A stretch of 63,786 nucleotides of DNA, the filler included, from Kipferlia bialata (lineage: Eukaryota): NCBI GenBank assembly GCA_003568945.1. It is 6 parts of 6 records of this genome, joined end to end, with 100 filler letters (N's around TTAATTAATTAA, not from the genome) between each part and the next. Parts side by side here need not be neighbours in the genome. Positions count along the whole stretch, not along the records: positions 32,941 to 49,260 come from BDIP01000614.1; positions 49,361 to 56,066 come from BDIP01000636.1; 4 more parts are not named here. One strand, written 5' to 3'. The notes beneath the pieces were generated by a model, which was not told the origin of the DNA, ran no database searches, and saw nothing but the letters and a program-made list of their open reading frames with translations. This document shows, in pieces, positions 36,208 through 50,456 of this stretch; position 1 is the stretch's first letter, and each line of letters begins with the position of its first letter. Made by a program: the position numbers and the translations under genes.

Positions 36208-39200
36208 CATAAAGGCAGACCTCGCCTCTCCCTCACAAAGTGTACCAGAGGCATATGTGACAGTGTCCTGCTGTACATACAGAGGTTCAGTGTCCTGGAG
36301 TCAGTGAGTCACGGAGGAATCGATCAATAATACAATATAGTGTATATCATACCTCCACCCCTCCTATCAACCCCATGCAAAGGTTCATAAGGCCCTCACT
36401 AGGGGTCAGAACAGGTACAGTGTCTGTCTTCGGTGCATCGTACATCCAAGTTACACTGATGGCATCGACCTTCTGAGGTGAGATACATAGTCACTTTCTA
36501 TACGCAATATGAGTTACTTCCTAAATACTAGTATGATGGAATGTTGAGGATACGTGCGGTCAATGAACTGTCACCTCTTAAGACATTACCTTGTTGAAGT
36601 CACCAATGACGTTACCCCCACTCTGAGCGGCATCAATCAGCACACCCTCCACGATATTGGCAGCAGACACCAGGGCCTGAGTGTTGGAACGGCTGTACTT
36701 GATACAAGTATCTATAGACGTAAATATATGGTAATAGATGTTAGAAAGGATGTTACGAATACTCACATTAAGAGAGAGACGTATAAATAGTAACCCACCT
36801 GGTACTGTACGGTTCCGTGTAAACGAGCAGTAAGTGCCGCTGCCTTGTCACCAGGCGATGTAGCAGAGGTGTCCTTAGTTTCTACTGTCTCAATTGTCTG
36901 ACCGGCACATATAGGAGAGTGATGGTTCTCTGGAACTGGAACAAGGGAGGGCGCGTTAATACCATCACTAGCCTCACCATCGTCTCTCTCTCTCCCAACT
37001 TCTTGACTCCCTTCCACCTCTGAATACTCAGGTGGTGGAACCCTGGCACTAAGAGACTCCCTATCTCTCTCTCCCTCAGTCCCTCCCTCACTACCACTAG
37101 TACTCTCTTGGTTGGGCATGGATGACTCTCTCTCTCTCTCTACCTCTCCCCCAGCAACACCTTCACTACCACTGCTACTCTTATGGTTGGGTATGGATGA
37201 CTCCTGGTCTGGCACTGATGCTGAGAGGGGACTCCTCCAAGACAAGGTGGGTGGGAGCAGAGCCTGTCTGGCAACAGCGAGCAGACAATTGCCTTGGTGG
37301 TTAGACAGATATACGTATGTATGTATATATGTGTATATACATATACAAGTGCCTGTCTGGCAACAGCAAGTAGAGAGTTACCTACACTATTAGACACACA
37401 GATATATATTTTGTATGAACAGTAAGAATAGCAAAACGGACAGGGGAACAGTACCATCACACAACTATATGTATATATACACATATGAATATCTGTAACA
37501 CATATATGGTACCTGACACCAGACAGCACCGACAGAGCACGTCCAAGAGAGAGACCAGGCCCGTCACTGCATCATCCATGGAGGCACTAGCAGTGGTATG
37601 CATAGACACCCCCTCTAACCCCTCTAGACCCCCTAGTCCCTCTAGTCTGTACATGTGCAGAGAGAACATGGCATGCAGGGTGCTGATGACCCTCTCCCCT
37701 ACATACACAGGGGCCTGGTATTGGGCAATCCTAAATATATATATATATATATTAGTTATTATATGAATATTATTATATATGTACATATATATAAATAGTA
37801 AAGTAGTGCTCCAAGTAGTAGCTGCCGATGATAGAAGGGAGTCTGGCGCCATGTGTGTAAGTGTGGGAATGACACACCGATGAATTATTGTGCATACAAT
37901 GAGTAGTAAAGATAGAACCTTACTGTAGTATGGCGCCGTGTTAGTGACGCACTGATCTAGAGTGGATGTGTAAACATAGTATACATGTATGCAGTGTATA
38001 TGAGTATACCTTACTGCAGAATGGTGCCATAGTAGTGAGTATGGCTGTGACACTCTGATATACAGTCTATGTGTATACAGGTATACAGTGTATAGGCGTA
38101 TACCTTACTGCAGAATGGTGCCATATTAGTGAGTATGGCTGTGACACTCTGATATACAGTCTATGTGTATACAGGTATATAGTGTATAGGCGTATACCTT
38201 ACTGCAGAATGGCGCCATGTTGGTGAGTATGGCTGTGACACACTGGTCTAAGAAGGGGTGGAAGGTGGGGGTGAATGACCCTGGGGTCACACTGCCCAGG
38301 CTGCTGCTGCTGGCCTCTCTCTCGATCGCATACTCAGACACCTTCTTGCGGCGCCACTTGCTGGTGCCTGGTTGTCAACGACATGACTATCACAAATAGA
38401 GAGGGAGAGAGAGAGAGAGAGAGAGAGACGTGTATGACGCACCAGGAGAGGGTGACGGAGAGGCCAGTGCAAGTGCCCTGCCCCTTGCCCTGTCGGCTCG
38501 GCCATGGGCTAGGGTTAGTTATATTTACATTTATAAGTATACGTACTCTATAGTAAGAGAGAGAGAGAGAGAGATTGTCTGCTCGGCCATCGGCTAGAGT
38601 GAGAGCAGAGCCGGTTAATATGAATATTTCCAGGAGAGAGTACATGAGGTGTTCATAGAAGAATACATATATACATATATACAAACATATATATACCTAT
38701 GAGTATGCAACAGCAGCAGAGGCAGATGACATATCTATATATGCACATTCAGTACATAAATGTGTGACACTGTTATGTACTTGTATATATGTATACCTAT
38801 GAGCATGCGACAGCAGCAGAGGCAGACCAGTGATGAGACAGGAAGTGACCTGATGAGGGTGTGGCCATACCAGTCAGGCATGGGGACCTGGGGGTGAATA
38901 CAATATACACAATATATACGTTTAGTGTATATACAGTATATATAGTAATAGTGAATAGGGATCTGATGAGGGTGTGGCCATACCAGTCAGGCACTGGAGG
39001 TCAGCATATACACTGACAGGATGACACTTATGGGTATCTACGTCAATCAGTATATGGAAGCACCATACTCCCCTACCTCAGCGTGCAGCTGTGCCTCGGT
39101 GAGGTATGGACACACCCTGAGGGGTGAGGAATTATGACAGGAAAGCTAATCATACCCATACAGTGAGCAGTGAGTGACAAGCATACCTTAGGAATAGTGT

Positions 39201-39561
39201 GACAAGCGCAAACGTCTCTGGAGCCTCAAGGTGCTCTGACGAGTGGACATCGTGTAGCTGGTGTCAGTATACACATAGTCTTACACCCACATATATATAT
39301 ATATAGTTATAAATATATATATAGATATACAAGTATAGCCACGGAAGTTGAGAGAGAGCCAACTCAGACGTTGTTACGTCTCACGCTCTAAACATATATA
39401 TATACATATGCGTGTGTATCGAGAAAGAGACTTACACAATATGGATACCGCATATGAATTAGCCTAGTACCTGATGCAGGACAGCCATGCCCCCCTTTCC
39501 TAACACCCACGCTATTAATGAATACACACATATATATATACATATATATATACATATATGC

Positions 39562-39594
<33 letters not shown>

Positions 39595-41714
39595 CTTACT
39601 TGATGCAGGACAGCCATGCCCCACTTGCCAAACACCCCAGCAGCTGCCTCACACAGATATCGCACAGCAGTATTCTCCTCATCATCCAATACGTCATCAT
39701 CAGTTGGCATGGGTCCACCCGATACAGGTGTCTCTGACCCCCCGGCAGCCTTACAGGTTAGAATATACTAAGGGAAGGTATATACTCAATGAGTATCTAC
39801 AAAAGAGAAGATCAAAAAGGAAATAACGAAGACATTGCGAGACAACACTCACCTTAATGTAGCGATTGGTCTCCTCTGCGGCACTCGAGGCCTTCCCTCT
39901 CTCTCTCCCCTCTGTCTCACCCCTACTAGCTCTGCTGTATGCATTGAATAGACAGTGCAGTAGGGTTACACACTCTGGTAGCAGAGTGCCAGCAAAGGGG
40001 GTCAGGAGGGCACCTGACATTAAATGGATATGTAAAAAATTCTATACACTGCAGATAAGAGAATACATACATGTATACAAACCAATATATAGGGGGTGAG
40101 GAGGACGCCTGACACTAGTATGTACAAGACGTTGCACCAAACAGTATATATAGAAATTCTTATATAAGTATATATATATAAACATACCGACAAGTGGTTC
40201 CACCGTTGCATAAGCCATCTCTACTCTTGCCATGACAGATAAAGGCACAGAGCACAGGAACATGCATACACCGATCCACAGCTCAAGGTGGGAACCTGTT
40301 GGTCAGCATTCGTATTCATATGTAGGTGGACAACAAATCTATACAGAGTCATGAGTAGTTAAATGGTCAATATAGCTCTATATATGGGTACCTGATGTTT
40401 GGGTTGTAGACATATGTATATCGTATGTATGTGCATAATGCATAGTGAACCTGACCTGTTTAGGATATATACAAACACATATGTACAAATATCATCTGGT
40501 ATCCTCAGAGAAAAGGTTGTAACTATGTACCTGTCTTCGGCTGGTACGAACTGCCAGACTCTCGGTTCTTACGCGAAAATCTCCCTCCTAGCCGAGCAGT
40601 AGCCTTCCGGTGGTGTGTACATAGTCCTTGTAATTAGAAGCAAAGAAATACATATACATTGTAGTATACTTCCACCTTTCCATGTAGCTGATATGGAATG
40701 AACTTTAGATATAGATAAATATAACAAGTATCCATTCAGTATAGCCGTCGTACTGCACTATATTCCCGACTGTGTGTGTATATAGTCCTCTACCTGGTAT
40801 AGTCTCCAGCAGTGCACTACAGACTGAGCGCAGGAGGGGTAGGGTGGTAACATGGTGCGAGATAGCCTCTGTCTCCCCTTCATTGTCCCTCTGGTATGCA
40901 TCTAACAGTATCTCTAGAAAGGCTGAGGGTGTGGGGGTGACGTCAAACGGGTCCTCTGCCGCTGCATCTCCCTCTGCCTCACAGGGTTGTATGAGGAGGA
41001 GGGTCAGCACAGCGAGGGTGCGAGTGATGATGGCCCTGGGGTGAGAAAGACACATAATAAGACAAGGCTCCTAAATGTGATAGAAACATTATTGGTACCT
41101 GAACCCAACGCTGTTCTTAGGCAATGCCTTTGGTAACAGTGTCTCAAGGAGTCTGAGCAGGGCATGGGTGAAGGTGTCTGGATTAAGTCGATCCCTGGGG
41201 ATTAGATAGTCATTCATAGTATGTATAGAGAGAGAGAGAGAGAGAGATGTAGACTGAGCAGGGCATGGGTGAAGGTGTCTGGATTAAGTCGATCCCTGTG
41301 GTTAGAGTGTATTCATAGCACGTATATGTGCAGAGAGAGAGAGAGAGATTGGTGAAGGTCTGCGGGTTCAGTGTGTACCCAGAGTGAGACTTGGGGGTGT
41401 ATATAGACAGAGAGTATATACATATATATCATAATACCTGTACTCTGCCATCTGGCATTTATTGAAAGAGAAGTGTATACTGCACTCATATATACATGGG
41501 CCCTCATACCTGTATTCTGCCATCTGGCGCCTTGGGTCTGACACGAGTAACTATATGTATATACATACATGAATATATATACATGAATAAATAATACATC
41601 TATACTATATGTATATTCATACACTCACCTGTACTCTGCCATCTGGCGCCTTGGGTCTGACACCACCCTGGCCATGTCTGGGAGTGAGGGACATATATAT
41701 ATGTGTATATAAAT

Positions 41715-41750
<36 letters not shown>

Positions 41751-42176
41751 TGTCTGTGGGTCTGACACCACGCTGGCCATGTCTGGGATTGAGATATGTA
41801 TTGATATATGTAAAAATACACACACATACACACATATACATATATTCATAGAGAGAGAGAGAGATAGAACGAGAGAGATGATATGGATACCTACTCCTGT
41901 GACCAGACAGACATGCAGCATGGACTCCAACAGAGACAGGGCACCTGAAGTGAGGAGGGATATAGTGACACATATATATGAATGGACACACACTCTCATA
42001 CCTAATAACCCCAGCATGTCTGTGGAACTGAGGTCCCTGTATACAGAGAGTATTAGAGTATATGTATGTATACATATATATATATATATACATACATAGA
42101 GTATTGCCACACCTAGCAGCCCCAGCATGTCTGTGGATCTGAGGTAACTGAATAAACAGAGTACTAGAATGAATAA

Positions 42177-42215
<39 letters not shown>

Positions 42216-43830
42216 ATTGCCATACCTAGCAGTCCCAGCATGTCTGTGGATCTGAGGTCCCTCACTGCATCTGTGGCATAGGTATGCACTAGCAGGCAGA
42301 CCTGGTATGAGATATAGTCATAATGCATAGATGATGTAAGATAGAGAGAGAAAGGGAGTATCTGACTGCATCTGTGGCATAGGTATGCACTAGCAGGCAG
42401 ACCTGGAATAAGAAGGATAGCGAGAGATGGGGGGGGGGGAGAGAGGCAGAGTAGTATATACGCATCTATACACCCCCTGTTTCTTGTTCCCCCCTCGAGT
42501 GCATTCCATGAAGGATGGTGTGGCACTTATCAATATTCTATATATACTTAGTGTAGGTCTTTAGTGTAGGTCTATATATTACCTGCTTAGTATTCCCCCT
42601 TGAGTGCATGTCCATGAAGGATGGTGCACTGTCTTCATCCTCATCCCTGCTCTCCCTCAGCCTCAGCCTCTCACTATCTGATATGCAGGGGGAGGAAGAG
42701 GGGACACCTATGGTAAGGCAGAGAGGAACACACACACACACACACAACCAAATAGAGAGAGAGAGAGAGAGAGAAATAACTTGTGGACCCTCACCATGGC
42801 TCATGTTGGTTACGCTCTCCGACTCACTCCTCTCTCTGACAGAGTTGCCTCTCTCTCTCTCCTCTTGGTGTCTCTCTCGCTCTCCGTCTGTGCTTGGACA
42901 GAGTAGGTCTGTCTCGCACTCACTGGTGTCCTCTAACCCTGTATATATCAGTATTATATACACATCAAAATACATGTATTATACATACAGACAGAGAGAG
43001 AGAGTAGTAGCAGTTCTGTCTCACACTCACTGGTGTCCTCTAGGCCTGCACATAAGAATAGACTATGTGTATAAACACATGAAAACATACAGAGAGAGAG
43101 AGAGAGACTATACCTGTCATTGCAGAGAGAGGGTGGCGTTGTCCAGTGGGTGAGACCATTCCATCGAAGAGGAGAGAAGCATCATCATCCTGGAGTCAGA
43201 GGGGGGGGGAGAGAGAGGGATAGAGAAAGAGAGAGAGAGATGCACATACGAGATATATATATAGAGAGAGAGAGAAGGACAGAGGCATCATCACCCCCGA
43301 GTCTGGACAATAGAGAGTAGGGACGGAAGGGGGGAGGGGGGGTGGAGAGATAACCATATCCTCGTATACTAGTGTGGTAACAGAGTCACAGAGAACAATC
43401 CTTAAGACCTCAGTAGAGTAGGCAAGAGGGGATCTTCACAGTATACGGTGCAATAGGGGAGAGTGTCTAACCTCGTCCATATCGACCTCTTCCTGGAGAC
43501 TGGCCTCTAGTACACCACAAGTGAACATCTTGATGTTGCCAGGCTGGGAGAGTGTGTGGAAGGCCTGAGTATCAGTGAGGGTCACATACTGTTACCGCTA
43601 AGTGACAGTATATCCACACATTAAGGAACATTAAGGCAAGTCCTCTGTGCCACTCAGTGCCTTCTAGGCCTAGTAATACAGGTATCTGAGAGTATTAGTA
43701 GCGGATTAGTGTATATATATACCTTTGGGTAGAACGGGTCCACCCTCTCGAGTGTCCTGGAGGACAGGGCAGACCATATCTCACGCACAGCAGCCACGTC
43801 AGGCTTGGCCGTACCAGTAGGTCTCCCCAT
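36208..43830 (-). CDS. Large multi-exon hypothetical protein, possibly an alpha-helical scaffold
   Basis: ATG at 43830 (MGRPTGTAKPDVAAVREIWSALSS), followed by many GT-AG exons with plausible peptides (AIITRTLAVLTLLLIQP, GALLTPFAGTLLPECVTLLHCLF, YLCEAAAGVFGKWG). The 3' end is approximate and no family was recognised. Confidence 0.65.
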
Positions 43831-44372
43831 ACACCTACTGGGGCCCTAGGTGTATACGGGTGGTTCGGATACTTGGCACTGCAGGTGAAGAGAGTAGGCA
43901 AAGGACAGCCTCTCAATTTGAGTCATCAGTTTAGTGAACTTGCATCACTGGGTTTCACTCGCTGTCACAACACTGTCACTGCCTCGGTGTATGATACCTC
44001 TCCCCGTTATCCTTCGACCCAAAGTGCATTAGGCTATCAGTACTGTTAGGATACAGGGCCTATCTGGTCTATACCTCCAGAGCTCGGCGTGGTGCATGGG
44101 TTCGTAGCAATCAACACTGTGGCACCTAGGGAGAGTTAGTATATTAGCCCCGCCTCCCACAGGAATATATATATATATATACATAATGTCAGATACCTAT
44201 GTATATATTGCAGGATGTGACTCACTGTGTTCACGGTTGGTGGGTATATTTCTCTGGAGAGCAGGCAGTCAGGGCACCAAGGCTAAACAGGGTGGAAGTG
44301 ATCACGCTACAGTTGCTGTATATAATACGGATGGATGCTCTTATCAGACATACACTAGGGTGGGCACCACAT

Positions 44373-47300
44373 CTATTTGCCACCTCCCTTCGGCATCATG
44401 CGTTTCTGATACGCCTCAAGTGCCTTCTTATACGTAGGCCCACCACACGACAGCATTTCCCTCACCCTTGACACTTTGACTATAGTGTCACCTGTGCTGG
44501 GATCAATCAGGTGCCTCTCAATGAACTTGACCTTCATGCGGGTCCGTACCTTAACCCCTGACTCCCGTGTCAGCCTCTTGAGACGCCCGTCTAAACGAGT
44601 CAGGGCTTGAAGGACCGCCTCTCTGTCCCCGGTATACGTCTCCAGGCAGGCGCGCCACACCTCAATGCCTCCACCAAGGCCCTCGCTAAGAGATCCACTC
44701 ATGGGATTGTGAAAGAAGAACGTGGAAGTGGACCCACCGAGTTTGAACAACGTCCTGAGACTATTCTGCGACAGCCCATCAATACGGGACCCATTGCGGA
44801 AGAACCATTTGAACACATACTCACGCTTTGCCTCGGTCTTGCGTGGGGATCCCCTCTTCATGGAATCCAGTCTCTTGGACAGCTGACAGAACTCTTGGCG
44901 GGCCTGCTCCCTCTGGCTTGCAGGAAGACAACCGAACACCTTCTCAGGCAGCATCGGGTCCGTCTTATCGCTCAGCGCCAGGGCACCGGATATAGGGAAT
45001 ATACCGCTCAGAGAGGGGGCCTCGACAGTGTCCTGGGGCGCGTCCACAGCTAGGTCCGTCAGTTCGTCTGACTCACTCAGAGCCGCGACACCTCCCACGG
45101 GCACGGGGGGCTGAGTGCGAGAGTCTAACACTGCAGCATGGCGGTGCTCTATATCACCAATATGGGTCCCGAGGCTTTCCCCAGCTGGTCTGGAACTGGT
45201 CCCCGGGATCAGCCCGTCCGGTCTGACACGAGCAGACTCCGCGGCCGACTTGGCAGAGTCAAACATCTCTCTCGTGGCCTCAGACCCAAGCCTCATAACT
45301 GTCCGAACACTATTTCGAGTCAGGCCCTCAATGGGATCCCCATTGGAAATGAACCACCGACACGCGTATTCCCGTCTTGCTTCAACCCGACCGGACCCTG
45401 CCGATCCCTTCGGCATAGTGTCTAGCTTCTTGGACAGCGCACAGAACTCACCCACAGCTGCTGCCCTGACACTGGCAGGAAGGCACCCAAACACCCTTTC
45501 GTGGAATTTCGGGCGACAGTGCGGGGTCAGGGCCAGCGCACCAGTAACCACAGGCATCTGGAACGATGAACTCTCAAGTGGGGGGAGGGGGCGATAAGTA
45601 GTATCTCCCGCGGCCCTTGACTCAGCCTCATGAGTGAGCCGGCTGTTACACTTTAGAAGCTTACATACACGAGGCCGAGGATATGCCAGACGTCCGTCCG
45701 CGTCTAGCAGCCACTGAAGGATGAACCTAACCTTGAACGGCGCCACATTGTGAGGGTTGATCTCGCCGGCATGGGTATTGTGGAACTCTTCGGCCGCATT
45801 CCTTACACTCTCTGGGAATGGAGTGTCCCTGAGTGTAGACCTAGGAGCGGATAACCCCGCGCTCACTGCACTGCCATCGGGCAGTTGAGGCCCCGGACCC
45901 TGGCGGTCAGCACACCCTAACGCATTAGTCGGCCGCCGGCGTCTGTCCCTGGCACGGGGCCGGGTACCAAGAGGCTGGAACCCGTTTGCAAACAGGGCAA
46001 TCTCAGCCTGGTTATCGGCCACCTCTTCCTCGCTGGCCTCGCTATCACACTGGAAGTCGGAGTCGTCGGAGCCCGCTGGGCCCGCAGTGAACATTAACCC
46101 ATCTCCCACACTGAGGTCAGAATCCTCGACATCGATACCCCCCATCGGCTGGTCCTGTCCGGGCGCCGGAGTCGGCCCAGGACCCTCCGAGTCGGACAGG
46201 AACTCGATGTCCGAGGAGTCACTCAGGAGGGCATGAGCGCCGGCTACAGGGACAGGATCAGTCCCCGTTACCGGAAAACTCCTTAGGACCGGGTCGGCCA
46301 TATCTGACTCAGTTCCCTCAGGGGGAAGCTGAGACGGGGGCCAGAGGAGGGACGCCTCCTGACGGACCAGGGGCACCACTGCCGGAGTGGGAGTAGGCAC
46401 CGGGTCTGCAGTTCCAGACTCAGTCCCGACCTGTCCAACCTCCGAGCGACCTCTGGCCAGCCGCTCTGCCCTGTCAATGTCCTCTTCAGTACAGTGCATC
46501 AGGCTGCACAGACACGTCACACAGGGGTCCTTCCTTAACTCGTGTGACTTTAGACCAAAGAAACAGTCAACAATGAAGGCAGCCACCCGGTCCGGCACTG
46601 CTTCAGCGGGCATACTCTCTAGGTCCCTCCTGAAAGCCAACACCGCCCTCTTCTCCAGGGCCGTGATGTTCTCCCAGCACCTGTGCCTGCATCCGGGGCC
46701 TGTCACAAAAGGGGTATCTCCCTGTGCCTCGGCAGTAGCAGGGACAGCGGCAGGAGTGACTGGGGGTGTCATAGGACCAGACTGAGGCACAGTCTCTACT
46801 GGCACCACAGACGGGACAGGGCCTGGAGAGGATGTCCCTGGGACGGTTGTGACCCCAGGAGTAGGGCTGGCCCTCTCTCTCTCTGGTTCCGGTCCAGGCA
46901 GGGGTACACTGAGTTCAGTTCTCTTGGGAGAAGCCCTCACCCGCAAGGTCTCCTTCTTGACAGCGGTAGTCTCTATCTCCCCCTCTATCTGAGACTGACT
47001 CGACTCAGTCTCACTCCCCTCTGTGGCTGACCCAGTGTCTGCGCATATCTGGGGAGGGTGACTGACCACCGACTCAGGCACACCTTCCTCCTCTCCCCTC
47101 ATAGACTGATCCCCATCTACATCGGGTGACAGGAGGTTCTCTCCTGTCACACCACTCTCTCTCTCTACAGGAGTGTCACTCCCTCCCTCCGTCTCCACAG
47201 GATGAGCCATATTAGGATCGGCTGCATTGGGAGCTGAATCAGTCACAGCCCCGAACCCCCCTGAATAAATGGGACCCACGTACTCTGACTCACTAGTATC

Positions 47301-49146
47301 CTCATCATCCGGCTCACTCTCTCTCACACAGGAGGAATAGGAGCGGTCACTCGCCTCGTCCTCACTGCTCTCTCCTGGGGAGTCATCTCCTGTCTCTACG
47401 CTAGGCACATGCCCCCCCTCCTCCTTCACAGTCAGTAGCTGCACAGACACACTGCCTGAGATATCGGCATGGGAGATACTCTCATACGCGGGAGCAGGAG
47501 GGATATGGGTATCACTCCCACCCTGGGCAGAGGAGTGATAGCTACCCCTGCCCATATCCACATCACCCCCGGCCTCTCGTGTCCCTGCCCCTTCAGCAAC
47601 AGCAGAGGGAGGACACACTCCAGAGACAGATCCACCAATCTTAGAGACTGAATGCCTTGGCTCTGGCACATGATCTGCTGACACAATCCCTCTGGGGGTC
47701 ACAGTTCCCACCCCGGACATAGGCTGAGACATACCCTCTGTGTGGACCCCGACTGGTGACACGCCAATGGTGTCCCCACCCCCAGGGTGGGTAAGTGACG
47801 GATGATGAGAGGAGGGGCCGGTGGATGATACAACCCCCCTCCTGTCTCCTTGCACGCCAGCACCAGACACCTGTCTCTCTCTCTCCTCACTCTCTCCCTC
47901 CCCAACCCCCATACTAGACAGCACAGTTGGTCTCACCCCCATCTGGGTAGTACCAGCTGCTGACATCCTACGTAGAGAAGAAGCAGCAGTAGTAGCAGCG
48001 GTCCTGGGACGCAAGACTAGCCTACTACGAGCATCTACTCTAGCAGTATCAGACCCGTCTCTGCCCAGGGTATCAAGGCCCTCTCTGACTCTCTCTCTCT
48101 CAGATGCCCCACTCTCACCCTGTCTCGAAGACGCCGAGGGTGAGGACGGTGGGGACCCGACCCGCACACCTCCAGAGACCTCGTGTATACCCCTCCTGGA
48201 CCCCCTCTCCCTCTCCCTCTCCTTCCTCTTCTTCAGAGAGGCAGCCATGTCCACTAACCGTGACACATGCTCTCTCTCCTCCTCCCTGCCTCTGACACTA
48301 TCCCCAGACACAGAGGGAGGGATGGGTGGAACGGACACAGGAGGGGGGATAGGGGGAATAGACATGCGAGGACGGACGCGAACTAGAGATGCATTGTACT
48401 CGTTCACAGTGTGTGTGATGACCCTATGGAGGTCGGTCACTGCTCCAGTAAGATGCTCCTGCCTGAGAACACTGATGCTAAACTGAGTCTCCCCCTCCCT
48501 CACACTAACGTATACCAGTGGCGGAGTGTGAATCTTTGAGGCCTGATCAGCAACTAGAAAGAGACACTTGACCTCAGTCTCGCCTGCAGGACCAGGGACA
48601 TTGACAGGTACCTAGGTGTTGGATGTACACTGAGAGAGAGAGATGGAGAGAGAAAGAGAGAGAGTCACTGGGAAGCATAGCATGCCAGAAGACAAACATA
48701 TAAATGTATAGACTACATACACCCTGCATGTATGGTACCTTGTTGTGCAGATAAGGAGGGATTGGCATGCTTGTGGAATACCGGCAGAATGAGTGGATAT
48801 CACTATCCTTCAGGGGCCGCACCCTCAGTGGCAGCATATGGGTCAGATCCACACACTGAACGTCCGAGCCCCTGGCTGCCTGTCTGATACCAAGCATGTA
48901 CTCCCTGGCCATCCCCTTCTGAGGGGGCAGAGAGGGGGGGCGCTGGTAGGGTACCAAGGGATCCCCGGCCTCAAGCTGCAGAGCAAGAGAGGCAAGGATG
49001 GCGGCCATAATGCGGTAGGCCTTGCGCACAGAGTCTCTGTTAGCAGCGGCTACAACAAGTATCTTGCGACTGTGGCAAGTCAGCATCTTGATATAGCAGT
49101 GGTGCCCGACCCGCTCTGCTGTGCACTTGCTCCAGCCCTTCAGCAC
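44373..49146 (-). CDS. Large hypothetical protein with a 4.2-kb terminal exon: low-complexity region plus repeated helical domains; 5' truncated
   Basis: The 1376-aa ORF extends in frame to an acceptor at about 48611, with an upstream exon at about 48738-49146. Clear internal repeat GALAL..VFGCLPAS.R..A..EFC.LSK.LD.M. Confidence 0.8.
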
Positions 49147-49260
49147 CTGGGATAAGAGGGGGTAAGGCTACTTATATACAAATGAAAATACATACAGAAA
49201 GTATAGAGGGAGAGAGAGAGAGAGGGGGGGGGGGGGGGAAGATTGATACTCTACACACCC

Positions 49261-49360
49261 NNNNNNNNNNNNNNNNNNNNNNNNNNNNNNNNNNNNNNNN
49301 NNNNTTAATTAATTAANNNNNNNNNNNNNNNNNNNNNNNNNNNNNNNNNNNNNNNNNNNN
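49261..49360. other. Artificial contig spacer
   Basis: N44-TTAATTAATTAA-N44. Confidence 0.97.
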
Positions 49361-50456
49361 GGTTCATATGCACGTCCCATGTGGCAAAGTTCTTCCGTTA
49401 GTATATTGTAGGGATGGATAGGGATATGTAAGGATATTATAACGCATTATTATACAAAGTCCCAGCCCTAGTGTGAATGAATAGGCTCACAGAGAGAGTA
49501 GCTGAGCCAATCAGGTATACATAGTTAACTACAAGTGAGAGAGTCTTGTGAGTGGTAGTACTACAGGTACATCACAGATTGAATCGTGGCGCCCATTAGG
49601 AAACTGTGATGCTATCGAGTACCTGTAATGCAGGAGAGTTGTACTCACCTAGTACTCACACAGACTCGTCTATAACGAATCGATATTTAGGATCAAAACC
49701 GCAACAAATGCTTCCTACAGATTCTGGAGTAGAGAACATCTTCAGACCTTGAGTATAGTAGACTGAGAGTATCGAGTCTCCCCTATTGTGACGGATTCAT
49801 CGACGTACACCTTCCCGTGAAGTACGAAAGCGGGAACACCGAGAAGTGTTTCTGGTGATACCATCCCTGCTAGGTCTGATACTCACCGCAGGATGTGGAC
49901 TGACAGGTTTCTGCCGCTTGAGTCCACTACAGCTGTTACGTCCGATACTCCTTCGTGCCAAATATATAACTAGTGCAATACTATCTATTACCTCAGTATT
50001 TGCTTTCCAATACATCAGTGTATTATGCATATACCGAGGTTGGTGACTAACATAACCAAGCCTTTCCATATGTCAAATTACTAGGGTGGTACTTATGTAA
50101 ACCACTGGGGAAATACCACTGGGGTACAGGCCAGTCATACTTTGACACTGTGGTCGACAACTACGAACCACCAATGGCGAATGCTAGTGCACTCCACCAT
50201 CTCTGTCACCTGTGATGTGATGGACCGCGTCCGAAATGTGCTGTCCCGCAGCAACGTATCACTCTCATGTTGAGTGACGGCGTGTTCTGCGTTGACCGAC
50301 AGGGGAGGCCCCAGGTGTCGTATAGAACATGGGGTAGCCAAGGCCGCAGATGTCTGGACCTGAGGCTACCTGTTACAAAGGGAGCTGTGTAGCTCCTAAA
50401 GAAGCATCGACGTGTTCTTGGAGCACGCAATGTACCGCCTGGTAATACTGCTGGAG

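Noticed and set aside
49361..50450. Short ORFs and small direct repeats in an intergenic stretch
   Set aside because: No splice-consistent gene, RNA gene or transposon termini could be supported.
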